DNA of 64,000 nt from Trichinella spiralis (lineage: Eukaryota), in assembly GCF_000181795.1 (NCBI RefSeq), contig NW_003526940.1:3012497-3076496 (forward strand). Reading direction: 5' to 3'. The position numbers and the translations under genes were made by a program. Each line of letters starts with the position of its first letter. The stretch's first letter is position 1. Under the pieces are notes generated by a model, which saw nothing but the letters and a program-made list of their open reading frames with translations, did not search any database and was not told the DNA's origin. Below, one piece after another: positions 26,717 through 40,600 of the stretch.

Positions 26717-28570
26717 TTACCTAGTAGAGGTATTGCCAGCCCCACCACCAGCACCATCACCATCACCATTACCAGTGACAGCTTGCCCGGCAAAGGAAAA
26801 GCCAACGTCGTTGTTAGCGCTTCTCAAACCGCTGCTTTGAATAAATGTCGGTGTCAGTGCAGTAAAGCCGGACATTGGAGATGAATGCGATGAAGATGCA
26901 AAACAGACTGAAGAAGGAGGAGACCGGCTCATCCAATCATCAATTGCATGCAACTGTTGAAATGCCATCATCGTTTCGGACAAAGAAGGCGGAGTTACTG
27001 GAGTATTACAAGGTGCGTAGGCCTGAAATTTAAAAATTTACACCCAATCAAACTTCCTTTTATTCATTTCTCCACAATCTCGCACAAATTGGAACTTAAT
27101 CAATTTTTTAAAAAAATGAAAAATTAGCATTCATCGCAATTTATTCTTGTTCTATTTCAATTTCCAATCATCACACTTTTATTCTTTTTTAAAATTATAA
27201 AACTATTTGCAAAAAAAAGAGAAAAGCAACTGATTGTACCATAAAAACAATTTTAAAAATAACAAATTAACGAATGCAATCTTATTTATTATTAAACTGA
27301 TATAGTGATTGAAAAAATAAAAAAAGAAATAAAATTGAATTTGTATATAATTAATTTTTGAAAAATGCAGTGGAATTTTCATTTGTAAACAAATTTAAAT
27401 TTTTACAAACATTCGTTACCCTACCAATTTGATGGTGCAGCTGAAACAATTCTCGCCTAGAAGCCAATCTGTCAAATCTGTTTTCAACATTCAACGAAAT
27501 TCACAAGTTAATTAAAATATCCATTTCTAGTATCGGATAAATTTGTCAATTGTTCAAAGTTTCATCAAATGCAAATGAAAAGCAATACGGACAACTTGCC
27601 TCTGAAGAAAATTATACAATTATTCGATTTTCTTTTCTTTTATTCAACGAGAATGCTGTGAAATTGAATGAAAAAGATTTGTCTGTCGATGCTATTAAAT
27701 CTATTTAATTATGAAATTTTGAACACAATGCGAACGTGTTCCAACTTTGAAACAGTATTTTCATCAATTTCACAATCAAAGAAAGATAAAAAAAAGAAAC
27801 AAAGTGTAAAATGCTAACTGTACAAACGGGCATTTGAAAATATTGAAAAGCAACATTCAATTTCAATACATCTACCACAACAATAACGAGAAGAACATTT
27901 TATGTTGCATTCTATAATTGAACATTTCTCATTGTTGTGTCTCAATTTCAACTATACAGTATACAAGAATTAAGATTTGACAACACAATAAGCCCGTTTG
28001 TTGAAATTGCAACTGCTTGTAAATTCATCAAAAAAATAAAAGTTGCTTTTTCTTTAAAAAATTGTTTCTCAACAGTTTGAAGCGTTGTTGATAAGCTGTG
28101 GAAAGATTGGGCAATTTGCAATCTCCTAACCAACCTGATCATTAATATCAGCTACAGTAATTTTCTTTTATATTGGAAAGGAGAAAAATTGATTCTCTTT
28201 TGTTTCACAGAAAACAGAAAAAAAAATTCAATGAATTGAAAATTAACAAACATACGTATGTATGTAATGTATGGATACCTTATCGACAGCAGCCGATGGA
28301 CACGAAGAATTGGATGTATTGATCGACGGATTGTATTCTTCGAAAAACAAACTCAGTGCTGGCTTAAAATGATAAAAATAAATAAGAATAATAATAATGT
28401 GCATGATAATTTCACAAAGTATAATGTATAACCTGAAATTGCCAACGACTAGAAAGCAGCAATTGTTCAGCTTGATCATGGCTACATCCAGTGGCTGTTT
28501 GGAACTGATTGACCATCAGTTGTTGTCGAAGATTGATTGTCAAATCGTCGACACTGCCTCTGTCGACCAT
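26717..28570 (-). CDS. UBALD2: UBA-like domain-containing protein (UBALD1/2, FAM100 family), 3 exons, 175 aa
   Basis: Phase-0 exons 28570-28433, 28362-28279 and 27022-26717 give LRQQLMVNQFQTATGCSHDQAEQLLLSSRWQFQPALSLFFEE...APCNTPVTPPSLSETMMAFQQL, matching the UBALD N-terminus and the NTPATPP motif. Largely missed by the ORF track. Confidence 0.88.
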
Positions 28571-31500
28571 GACAAACAGCAAATGACCAAAACGGAGTTG
28601 TTTTGTTTATTTCATTACTGTAAGTCTGAAAGAAGAAGAAGAAGAAGAAGAAAACAACAGCAACAAGTGATACAGATATGAAATATTTCAAATTTTCCAC
28701 GCCAAATTTTTTGTCAATTCAAAAAAAACTTTTCATGAACCATTACGAACGAATGAATGTTGTGATGCAAAATATACAAGCGAGTGTAGAAAGAAAAAAG
28801 CTTGTCATTGAATAAAGAGACACACGGAGGGGGCGAGGGGGAAAGAGAGAGAGAGAGAGACATACGGTTGTCGACAAGCAAGCTTGTTTGTATGTCAACA
28901 AGCAGAAAATGAAAAAGCGAAAACAAACGGCCAAGCCTGATCTGGCCAGGCCAGGCCTGGTGTGTTGTCTGCTATTTGTGGTTTGGAGCAGCAATTTGAC
29001 ACATATCTTTGATAATAAGCATTTCAGTGAAGCTTAAAATTGAAACTGCAACAACACGAAGAGAAGATAGAAAACTGAAGAAGATGAACGTATGTAATGT
29101 GTTAATTTTTATTTATTATTCATCCGACGTGAAAAGCATCCTTTTCCAAAGTCGCCTATGTTTATGTGCTTATTTATGTGTCTCTCTGTGTGTGTGTGTG
29201 TGTGCACGCTTGCGATCGAGCATTATTTTCATTGGCTTCTTGATTGATGATAAGAAATGCATTCATTAGTTGAACGAACATTCTCGCATGTTGCTTCAGT
29301 CATCGGTCACATGGTAAATACTGAAACTATTTTTTCACGCTTGTTCCTTTTGTTTCATATCCTAACCAACCAAAGAGGCAAAACCCATTAATGTTGCAAT
29401 ATTTGAACATAATAATTAAACAATTTATTAACAATCAATATGAATTGAGATGGAATTTTCAAAAGTGAAAATTAAAATTGCTCTGCTGTTATGTGGCTTG
29501 AATTCGAATTTAAATTTCACAACTGACACTTCTGAAAACACTTGTTAAATTGATATTTTCAAACTTTATTTAATGTTCTTTCTTCATTGTTTTTTCTTTA
29601 CTAAAATAATTTATATACAAAACAAAACACATCCTCCTTTCTGAAATTGACATAATAAATGCTTGGATATTAATAGCTGAACAGCGGATCATTCAATAAG
29701 CTTTTGTCCACTGCGCCGCAAAATAGCCTTTCTGTCAGGATGAAGAAAACATGTGCATTAGATATTCTGACGCGCTTCACTGAACTCGACGATTATACAC
29801 AGACACGGAGACGTTATTATTAAGTTGGAAATCATTAAAACGTTCATAATTTAATACCCTGTGTCGTTGGCCTGTTTGTTGAGTATTTATAGAATTTTTC
29901 TTCAAACGCTGTTCAATAATAATTATTTCACATTTTCACTTCGAGCAAGCAGAATTAGCAATAATAAATGAAAATTAACAACTCAATAACTGGCTCAATT
30001 ATTTATTATTTTTTATTCAACACTATAGCAACTGGGTGAAATTTGAAAAGATGAGAAAAAACATTTTTTCAAACTAAGCGAAGCAATTATTTCAAACAAA
30101 CTCGAAAAAAATTAAAACATTCCAATGTTGTCACATTGCTTTTTTTTTAAAATAACTTTTCCCGCTCAAAATACGCGATTATTTAGTTTTCCAGTGAAAT
30201 AATAAAAAAACAATCTTAATAATCATTCTTACTGTAATATGAAAAAATTTCCGTTGAAATTTGTTTGTTCAATACTGAACTGGCAACCAGGATTGCACGC
30301 AATGAATTGAATATGTTCGCGAAGCTATTTGCAAGTTCACGTGAAGATATGAAATCAAAATTTACTAATAATAAATAAATTATTATGATTTTGCTCGATT
30401 GCAAATAGTTGAATACAAACTGTAGAAGTTGTAGTTGCAATAGCGATGCAAAAATAAATAAATAAATAAATAAACAGTTTTTATTATTTTATAATAAATA
30501 ATTTTACAAATTGAAATGTACTTACTTAAAATCGGACAAGTTGATCTAGTTTTTACTTGCTGACAAACGATTGTTATTGCTGAATAAAAAATCAATCGCA
30601 CACGCGCACCATGCACACACACAAATTACAATTTCAAGAAAGAAAAAAAATTGTCCTTCTGGAAAGTGCTATTATTATTATTATTATTATTTTGTTTGTT
30701 CACAAATAAATAAAGCATCTCAATAATTTTTTTACTCCCGTGAAACTTTCAACTCTTTGAAAAATATGTTTCTCAAAAAAATCTCAATTCTACATGCTCA
30801 GTTGAAAAATTCGATAATTATTTTTAGAAAAAAAAGAAAACAACTGAAACGTAAAAATGAAATTATAATACAATGGAAATGAGAAAAATAAATAAAATTT
30901 AATCCGTAGAGAAAAGAATGTTCAAAATCAAGGCATATTAAATAAAATGTCAACGTAAATATTGAATTATTACTAATAAGAATAAAATTGAAAATTAACT
31001 CTTAAATTAAACAACAATTATTGCTTTCAATTAGTGAAATAATCGATCAATCACTCACTTTCGTTGATATGGAATATGAAAATGGTAAAGAAAAAGTTCT
31101 GATTTAAAAACTGCATTTTCCACATTTGTAATTTATGCTCTCTCGTGTTATATGATGATAAGGAAATGATTTGCATAATAAAAATGATAAAACAACGTCA
31201 CATTGTTATGCTTTGTCAAAATATGTTGCAATCACTATTTCCAAAGAAATAAAAAAGATAATTTTTCTAAGATATTAAAAAAAATTATTATCATGGTTTA
31301 TCATCAAAAATCATCACAGTCAGAAAGAAGGGATAAGTTTTGTAAAAAAAAATTAATAATTTGGGGTGAAATTGGTGCCCGTTGTGTTGTCTGGTTGCGC
31401 TTGTTTGCGTTGAATTTTAGCCGTTCACATGGCATTAATTCAACTCGAAAATCAATCACTGAAATACAGCATTTGTTTTCCAATCACATGTTCGATTGAT

Positions 31501-33114
31501 TCTTCATTTAAATATAGCAAAAATCTATCCGATTATTTCAATAATGTCTCTTATGAAAATATGACAAACTAACAACAACATTTTAATTAGTTTTCAATTC
31601 ATTAATTGATGTGCAATCAGTATCATCAGCATCAGCATCAGATCTACCTCTCACTATAATCATTATTATTATTATTTCTTAGTGTGATGATGAATAAACA
31701 GAAAAATAACTTGTTGCATATTTTGACAATTTCCATTTATTACTTTCTATTCGTTGTCATAATTCATTTTAATACACTTTCAACTGTTGATAGAATACAT
31801 TTGAATTTGATGTCTTACTTTGGCAAAAATGACAAATCAAACAAATAAAATAAGCTGAAATAAATTTTCAAAAAAGAAGCTGTGAGCAAAAAAAAAATCT
31901 CCTACATACATACACTGGCACAAACAAACTCTAAAAAGAGAAGAACAACAGTGCATAATATTATTCATTCATAAATTTTCAATATTATTTCCAAAAATTA
32001 AAATAATAAAAAAGAAATATTTTTTCCATACTGTATATAAAAGATTATATAAGAAATGAAAAAAAAGAAGTAAATTCTTCCCGTTTAAAATAGCATAGCA
32101 GCCGGTGTTGAAGAGGCGTGAAAAATGGCGTCCGTATATATATATATATATTGAAATGCAAGCAAGATGATGCGCTTAATCAAAGCCACGTAGCCGAGAA
32201 TGCATAGTGAAAGTGAACAAATTCGACGTGTTGTGGAACAACGTTGTTGGAAATCTGACCAATCAATTTTGGAACCAAACCAACCTCAACTATATTGAAC
32301 AACACGGAATGAATCAATCTAAGCACTTCATGATGAAGGAATGCAAAAAAATTAACAAACAAACAAACAAACATTGTCAAACAACATTTTTAATTCATAT
32401 TTAAACTAATTTTCATCAGCAAAGAAGTTAAGTTCAAAAAAAATAATATTCGCAACACGAATTATATTATTAATTTTTTGAAATAACAAAAAATCAAAAA
32501 TATACCCAAGTTTGAAATTTTTCTTTTTTTTTAAAAGAAATAAATTGTTGCTAACAATTATCATTGACAAGAATCAAAAATAATCATTTTCTTCAACTGA
32601 AAAATTAATTTCATAAAAATCAAACAAAAAAAAATAAAGTAAAGGATCAAAATGCACTAATAAATCAAACAGTAAATATTATTTGCAATTTTTCTTCTGT
32701 AATAATATAAAGATAATTCAATAAATAAACAAATCATTAATTAATTAAGTAATATAAATTGGCATACGCTATATGGTGAAGACATTTTTTGTAGCTTTTT
32801 CAACATTTTTTGAATATAATCAAATATTCAAAAAGAATCACGAGGCCAATCTGGTTCAGTTTTGTTTCCACTTTTCCCCATTCAATATTGATCAAGCATA
32901 ACTTAATTGAACTGAAAAAGTTTATAATAATGGCAAATTACTGAAATATATTTATTTCCTTATAAAACTTAAGCAGGTCAACTTTTTCACGCCACGTTTG
33001 CTTGGACCTACAGAATCAAAAATTTTGGTAATCAATAAAAAAAATTCCACATGCATTATTACTTAGTCACTTATTATTGAAAAAAAATATCATTCCATTA
33101 TGAAATATCTCGTT

Positions 33115-33146
<32 letters not shown>

Positions 33147-35254
33147 CAATCTGCAAACAATATGCGATAAACGGGAAAATTTACATTCAAAAATTTGCCA
33201 GTTTTCATTTTCTTCGCTTTCTTTCTTTGACTAAATTTTAAAATTGCGTAAGCAAAATTAAAATAATCGCTTATTCAATAAATTCACTTATACATTTTAT
33301 TTCAAATCTTGTTGCATTCGATCAAAGCAGAGATACCTTCAAATACTACTACTACTACTACGTATTAAACTTGTCAAATGGTTGATTGCATTTTTGTAAT
33401 ACTGTAATAATAACAATAATAATAATAATAATAATAATTCAATGGAGCTGAAATTCTTGACATCTAATAGAAAAAAATTGATATCAGCCGTATGCATCAT
33501 TTTCATAAACAATAAAGCACATTTTTACAAGCAGGTAAATTTTTTCGCTCTTACAGCATTAAAAAAAATAAAAGAAATAAAAATTCTTACGCTTTTCAAA
33601 GTATGAAAAATTAATTGAAAATATAATGGACATAAAAAAACATTTTCCATCAATCACCAATGGACGAATCAAATGACCAACCACACACAATTGAATATGA
33701 TGAAAAAAATTCTGTCAACTCTTAGGAACGTTTCCAAAAATTATAAATATTTATTGATTAATATTTTTTTCTCCTGTTGCATTTTAATTATTCTTCTTTC
33801 AATTTCGTCAACGTACAACCGACGACTATAGGTCGACAAGATGATCAGTGACACAATACTGTAAATACGATACGCAAGACTTAAGGAGAGGAAAAATATT
33901 TTCTTCGAAACAAAAAATCATCTTTAATTTTTTAAAATTTCAATATTGTCATAATATTCATGCAAATTCACCATCTGAAATTTCTCCTCAACATACCTGG
34001 ATAATAAATAATTTTCTTCCACACAAGGAGTGACGCTTTCTTGAAATTGATGCATTTCAACTTGAATATCTTCTGAAACGACCTTTTCTTAAAAAAATTA
34101 AATAAATAATCATGTACCTATAAAATATTAATTCATATGTATGTTCAATTCTTTTATTGCTTTGAAAATTCAGTTCATTTACAGATTTTGAAACTTGGCA
34201 CCAACCTTTTTATTGACACATCAGACATGAAATGAATCGATCTCATTAAAAGCCTACTTTTGCTCCAACACCTTAACAATAGAATGCTGCATCCCGTTGC
34301 AATCTAGTATTAAATCAAAATTCACCACTGATTTATTTATCTTCAACAAGTGCGAATTCATCCCAGTCATATCTTTTCCAATTATGCCATTCAATAATAA
34401 TAATTTCTCATCAAATGCTAGAATAAAATTCCCTACAAAGGCTTTTTGCATTTCAAAATATAGACTTCGAACAACAACTTCCATTGCATTCTCACCACAA
34501 CAAAACAAATAGCGAACATCACAAACATTCAAAAAAAATTACAATATCAATAACAATTTTTGCCACATTAAAACTGCAATTTGAATATGCAAGGAAAATA
34601 TAATGCACACAGTATACTGACTCTCAGGATTAGTGGACAGTATTTTGTATAGCGGTTGATTCGACCACTAAAAAAACGACCAACCGGTCGGAAAGTTTCA
34701 GTAAGAACAACATGAGTTGTCAATAACATAAACTGCATCCGGCAATAGGACACGATTGCACACAAATGCACTCAGTACTGATTTATACTTATCACGGGTT
34801 CGGTCCAACGTCTTCACCATCTTGTCACTAGTTTCTGCGAGTATTTTAGCGGATTCACATCTGTATTTCTTTACGGAGAACACAAGTAATCGTCTGACAC
34901 CAGCATCAGTTTCCTGACGGCCCTGTCAAGCCTTGAGACGCACAGCAGTACAAATCTTGTGATGAGTTCCTGCTAACACTTCGGGGGATCTGAATCTGGG
35001 TTACTCCACAGGATTATACTATCGGACGTCAAGCAAGGAGTGCTCACCTTTTGTCCGCTCGATATTCGCCTCCTTTTGTGCATTAGCTGTTCACTGACAG
35101 ACTATACGGCGGTTGTACGCCAACTGACGAATGACTAAGTACATTTTATTTGTTTAATTAAACAGATTTGTTTAAAGTGATTTGAATTAAACAAATTAAA
35201 CTTTAAAAGCGAATTTAAACAAGATCCTTTAAACTAAGCATCAAAATGCTAATT

Positions 35255-37300
35255 TTAAAGTCCATAGAGAGCACTGATAATCGTGTAACTACAGCGCCGG
35301 AAATTCCTTGTAGCTTTGTAGAGCTTAGATAAAGACGCATTTCACACAGAGAACACCGGAATTCGTCAGACTCCAGTATCAGAAATTCCTGCAAGCATTG
35401 GCAAGACATGATGAACAGCGCATTTCACACACAGAGCACAGCCATTCCGCTGACTCCAGGGTCAGTAATTCCTAGCAGCCTTCTCAAGCTTGTTAAGTGG
35501 AGAATTTTACACTGATAGCACTGGTATTCAATCGACTGTAGCGGCGAGAATTCCTGATAGCCTCGACAAGCCTAGAAAAGTGGAGAATTTCACACAGAGC
35601 TCAATGGTATTCTGACGACTGCAGCGTCATGAATACCTGCAAGCCTTATCAAACCTTCATAAGAACCGCATTGCACACAGTGATCAGTGGTATACGGCAC
35701 ATTCCAGTGCCAGGAATTCCTACCAGAATTGTCAAGCCTTCATGAGAATCGCATTCAAACAGACTGCACAGGTATTCGTCCGATTCTATGGTGGGAAATT
35801 CCTCCTAGCCTTATCAAGCCATTTTAAGAACATCATTTCAAACACAGTGCACTGGTAATCGGCCGACTCAGGAGTCAGGAATTCTTGCTTGCCTATAAAA
35901 GCGTAGATAAGCGACGCATATCACACTGAAAGCATTGGTATTCGTCAGACTCCTCCGCCGGCAATTCTTGCTAGCTTCATCAAACCTTGATGAGCGGTTA
36001 ATTTCACACTAAGAGCACTGGTATTCATCTCACTATAGCGCCGGGAATTCCTGCTAGCTTCGTCAAGCCTTGAAAATTGGCGCAATTCAGTCTGAGACGC
36101 CTGCTATTCGTCTAACTCCAGGGCCAGTAACGCTTGCTAAACCTTTCAAACCATCATAAGCTGCGCATTTTACGCAGTGAACATTGGTATTGACAGGTCT
36201 TCAGCGTCAGAAATTGCTGCTGGCGGAGTCAACCCTCTGGAAGCGAGGCATTTCACACAAAGAGCAGTGTTATCCGTCTGACTCCAGCGCACCAATTACT
36301 GCTATCCACGTCAAGCCTTGATAAGAAGCGCATTTCACAGAGAGCACTGTTATTCAGCCATCTCCTGCGTCAGGATTTATTTCTGGAGTTGTCAAGCCTC
36401 AATAAGCGACGCATTTCACACTGAGAGGACTGGTATTTCTCTGACTCCATGGTCAGTAATGATTGTTTCCTTTTGCAAGCCTTGATAAGCGACGTATTTC
36501 ACACAGAAACCACGGGTGATCAGCCGTCTCCAGCGTCAGGATTTCCTGCAAGCCTTGACAAACATTCATAAGCAGCTCACTGCGCACATTGTGCACTGGT
36601 AATCAGGCTACTCCAGGGCCAGTAATTCCTGGTAGCCGTTTGAAGCCTTGAAGAACGGTGAATTTTACACTGATAGCACGGGTATTAATCAGAATTCTGC
36701 GCCGGGAATTGCTCTTAGCCTTGACAAGCCATGAAAAGCGGCGCATTTCACACTGACGGCGCTGGAATTCGTCAGACTTCTGCCCCGGAAATTCCTTCCA
36801 GCCCCATCGAGTCTTAATATACGGTGCATTTCACTCTGTGAACTTTGTTATTCAACAGACTCAAGCGTCAGGAATTCCTAAACACGGCAGACTCCAGGGA
36901 TACGAATTCCTGCAATCCGTGTCAAGCCTTCATAAGCACCCTATTACAAACACAGTGCACTTGTATTCGGCCGACTAAAGAATCAGGAATCTTTGCTTAA
37001 CTTTAAATGCGTAGATACACACTGACTACACTGGTATTCGTCAGATTCCTCCGCCGGGAATTCTTGCTAGCCTCCAGAAGCTTTTAAAAGCGGCGCAATT
37101 TACACAGAGTGTACTGGTGGTATTCGTCAGACAACAGCGTCAGGAATTCTCGCAAGCCTTGTCAATCCATGATAAGCGGCGCATTGCACACTTAGTGCAC
37201 TTGCATTCGTGGGAATCTAGCGCCGGGAATTCCTGCTAGACTCGTCAAGCCTTGATAAGCAACGGATTGCACACAGAGAGAAGGTGAATTCGGTAGACAC
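35255..37300. repeat. Degenerate tandem array of ~25 copies of an 83-bp monomer (satellite/minisatellite)
   Basis: The anchor ttcacac (or a variant) recurs at 35341, 35424, 35506, 35589, 35672, 35754, 35837, 35920, 36003, 36086, 36169, 36252, 36334, 36415, 36498, 36581, 36664, 36747, 36830 ... 37099, 37185 and 37268, mostly 83 bp apart. Approximate consensus: gcatttcacacagagagcactggtattcgtcagactccagcgtcaggaattcctgctagccttgtcaagccttgataagcggc. Confidence 0.95.
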
Positions 37301-37407
37301 ACCAGGTTAAAGTGTTTCAAATGGAATGAAAATGCATGAATGAATGAATGAATGAACGAAGAAATGCTTACAGTAAATTTGCAGAGGATGCGATGCCCAG
37401 GTTTAAT

Positions 37408-40400
37408 TTATGACGAATTGCGTTTTCGAATGCGTTGCAATTGTAGAAAAGTGAATGTCAGGACGAGGACAAACGCCAGCGGTACCACGATTCCGGTCAT
37501 CCATTTCAACGCGATCACTTCGGTTCGAGCTAGAAAATGCAAATTTTGAATTTAACAAATTCAAAGTAATTATTTTTTCAAAAACTTACATCGACACCAC
37601 GCCCACCATCCAGGCGACCAACTACCGTTAATACAATGACGTTGTTCATTTCCGTGAATAAAATATTCCGTTTGGCAAGTGAATGTTACCGTTACGCCGT
37701 CCAAATAATTATTACCCAGAGGATATTTGATCACGCCGAAATTTTTCTCCAACGGACCACAACTGACAGCTTTTTTTGCAAATAAAAACAATCAATGCGC
37801 AATTAGAAATGAAAAGCAAATATGAAGATATTAATTTTCAAGCTTTTCTTTCTTTTTCTTTTTTATGGTTGCTTACTTTTTTGTTCACCTTTCAGCTTGT
37901 CGTATTCAAATTTTTTCTCTGATGATAAAGTATCCAGAGCAAATTCTCGACGCCCGCTTACCAAATAGTCGTACATGCACGAATATACACCTTGACAAGT
38001 CACCTGTGGTTTGACAGAGTTGTAAAGTGAAATGAATGCAAATATTATTCCTTTTTCTTCTTATTATAATTCAACTTACTTGCACTTCTTGTTCTCTCGA
38101 AAAGATCAACACTTCCAATGGAGTGAAATTAGTAAAAGTCCAAGGGTCAAAAACTGGTGAGAAATTTTGCTGATAAAACAAATTTGGATAATACAACGGT
38201 TCCGGCTTGGATCCGAACAAATTCGAAACATGCGCCCTGTTTACATCCCCTACAAGTATAAAGAAGGTATGCATTTTTAATAATAGCAATCACAATTTGT
38301 AAAACGTACATTTCATTCCAAATTGGTGATGTATAGTTCGAGAGTTCTCTTCTGATCTGGATTGTGTGATGTGTATTTTGGAACAATCCGAAGCAATGAA
38401 CTCATCCTTGACATCACCGTTGTATGTTCCAAGTAAACCCATCGTTACATACCGTTTTGTGCATGCTGCCGACTCACTGTTCATCTAATAATGATATTGA
38501 TAATTGGTATGAACAATCCAATAATCCATCAGATTGGATGGAATATTTAAATTTTTTAAAAATCACTTTTTTGCTTAAAAAATACCTTTCTCTGCTTGTA
38601 ATTTGGTGGCAAAGCGACAATCACTTGCAAAATGCCACGGCTTTCGATCACTTTCACCCCAACACCACTGGTCAGTTGTATGTAAACTTCAGACTGATTC
38701 ATCACAAGATGTGGAACGTAAACGAGAACTCGTCCGAAAAATCTTCGACGATCCAAATCAAAGAAATGACGTTGACCATCAACGAACACGTCAGTACGGT
38801 ACCTCCATCGTCGAAATTGCTTCCTTGAAAACACTTTGTACCACTGAATGAATCGTCTTCTTTTACCNNNNNNNNNNNNNNNNNNNNNNNNNNNNNNNNN
38901 NNNNNNNNNNNNNNNNNNNNNNNNNNNNNNNNNNNNNNNNNNNNNNNNNNNNNNNNNNNNNNNNNNNNNNNNNNNNNNNNNNNNNNNNNNNNNNNNNNNN
39001 NNNNNNNNNNNNNNNNNNNNNNNNNNNNNNNNNNNNNNNNNNNNNNNNNNNNNNNNNNNNNNNNNNNNNNNNNNNNNNNNNNNNNNNNNNNNNNNNNNNN
39101 NNNNNNNNNNNNNNNNNNNNNNNNNNNNNNNNNNNNNNNNNNNNNNNNNNNNNNNNNNNNNNATCATTAAATTTCTGTCCGCTGTTTTCAGCTGCGTTAG
39201 CACAAAATAACCACGACCACTGAAACTGTACTTCATTCCATCGAACGTTATAAAATGACCGTGACCATACGCGGTTCCTAAAGTGGATATCATTTTCAAT
39301 TTCATATTGTGATGTGCTTTTGGACAAACATTTTTTTACCAATAACTGCCGGTTCGTAGTTTTGACAACCAGAAGTTGCCCTACGCCAATAGTAAAATTC
39401 ACAATGCCCCGCCCAACGACAACACACATCATAGGGAAGTAAGTCGTTGTAAAAATTTGACCAAGTTGGAACGTACAGCGGCTTTTTGAAAACATAGCCA
39501 CCCCAAGGATTCGCCCTGTATGGAACACCGGCTGAAAAGTAGCGCAAATAATCTGTGCTTTGTTCATAATCTTGGGAAAACATCAACCATCCATTGTAAT
39601 CATAGCAGCACATCTCGGTTCCACTGTCGGGCCTAAATTTTGAAGTTTCAAATTTTAAAAGCTAAACAAATTCAACTGATTTAAATTAATTCTACATCGA
39701 ATTTGTAGATACAATGCAATGTTGGGCGCCTTTTGTGTAAATGCACGATGAATCGCCCATCATTTCACACGTAGGCAAAGGAGTGAATCGACCGAAGTCG
39801 TTCAAAGCTTGGGAAAGTGTGCACGGGCATGGTATATTCGTGTAAACGTTACGTAGAAAATTGTCCCTGAGACCATCGTAGTTGTACCATTCAATGCAAA
39901 GTTTCAGTGCCCAGTTTTCACCCAAATTTGCTTTCCACGTGTCCCTGAAGTACCAACCAAATGGCACAGCACCAGACCACATGACACTAAATCAAAAGAA
40001 CTATCTTTGAAAATTATAACTTAAAAATAAATTTGCAAAAGTTCTCACTATTTTCCGTAATCTGTCTGGTCATCTTTTGACAAACGAATCTGTATAGCAC
40101 CACCCCAAAACTTTCTCCAAAGATTTCCAACAATCAAAGATTTTGATAGCATTTTTTGATTGAAGGAAAATTTTCCAGTATTTTCAATATTTCTCGCTAT
40201 TGCACCCACCTAAAAACATTGCTTTAAATGAAGAATTTAAAATATTTCATCACATGAATCTAATCAATTCCAATTAATAAAAGAAAATTATGACGAAAGT
40301 GATCAGAAAGCAAAGCAAAATTCCTAATTTACAAACAGACATATATATATTACAGCTTAGAATGTCAACCCGTAACGCTATCTAAATGTTTGAACAAAAT

Positions 40401-40600
40401 AAAATAATAATAAATTTTGAATAAAAATATCTCACCTCAAGAAATTCACGATCAATTACATCTTCTCGGTAACCCCATAACACAATGTCTACTCAGGAAC
40501 CTGCCTTTGAAGAAATGTTTGCAGCTGCCCAGGTTATAGTTAAATTTTCTATATCGGATAAATGCCAATAGTTTCTATGAGCATTAACATATTTTAAAAA
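37408..40600 (-). pseudogene. mesh: Mesh/SUSD2-like protein (AMOP-VWD-Sushi-TM), 5'-truncated with an in-frame stop; probable partial copy
   Basis: AMOP (CIEWY..PCPCTLSQA..DFGRF, CCYDYNG, PYDVCC), VWD (AYGHGHFITFDG..YSFSGRGYFVL, GLLGTYNG), Sushi (CGPL..VTFTCQTEY..GNEQRHCINGSWSPG), TM (WMTGIVVPLAFVLVLTF), stop at 37408-37410. There is an in-frame TGA at 40493-40495 and no upstream NIDO/IPT exons before the protease gene. Confidence 0.75.
38868..39162. other. Assembly gap (295 N) inside the mesh VWD region
   Basis: Run of N characters. Confidence 1.

Noticed and set aside
28929..28960. GGCCA/GGCCTG short palindromic cluster upstream of UBALD
   Set aside because: Too short and low-complexity to assign a regulatory role.
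33995..34532. 92-aa minus-strand ORF with a downstream exon-like segment
   Set aside because: Splice phases do not join and no family was recognised. It may be a gene fragment but is unsupported.
35255..37300. 83-bp array as a CRISPR array, tRNA cluster or C2H2 zinc-finger array
   Set aside because: There is no invariant repeat with unique spacers; the whole unit is homologous. No convincing A/B boxes or cloverleaf. 83 is not a multiple of 3, and although the minus strand gives YQCSLC-like words, there are no HxxxH pairs and many stops.
37298..37310. ccaggttaa at the array end as a piggyBac-like terminus
   Set aside because: No matching inverted end was found left of the array.
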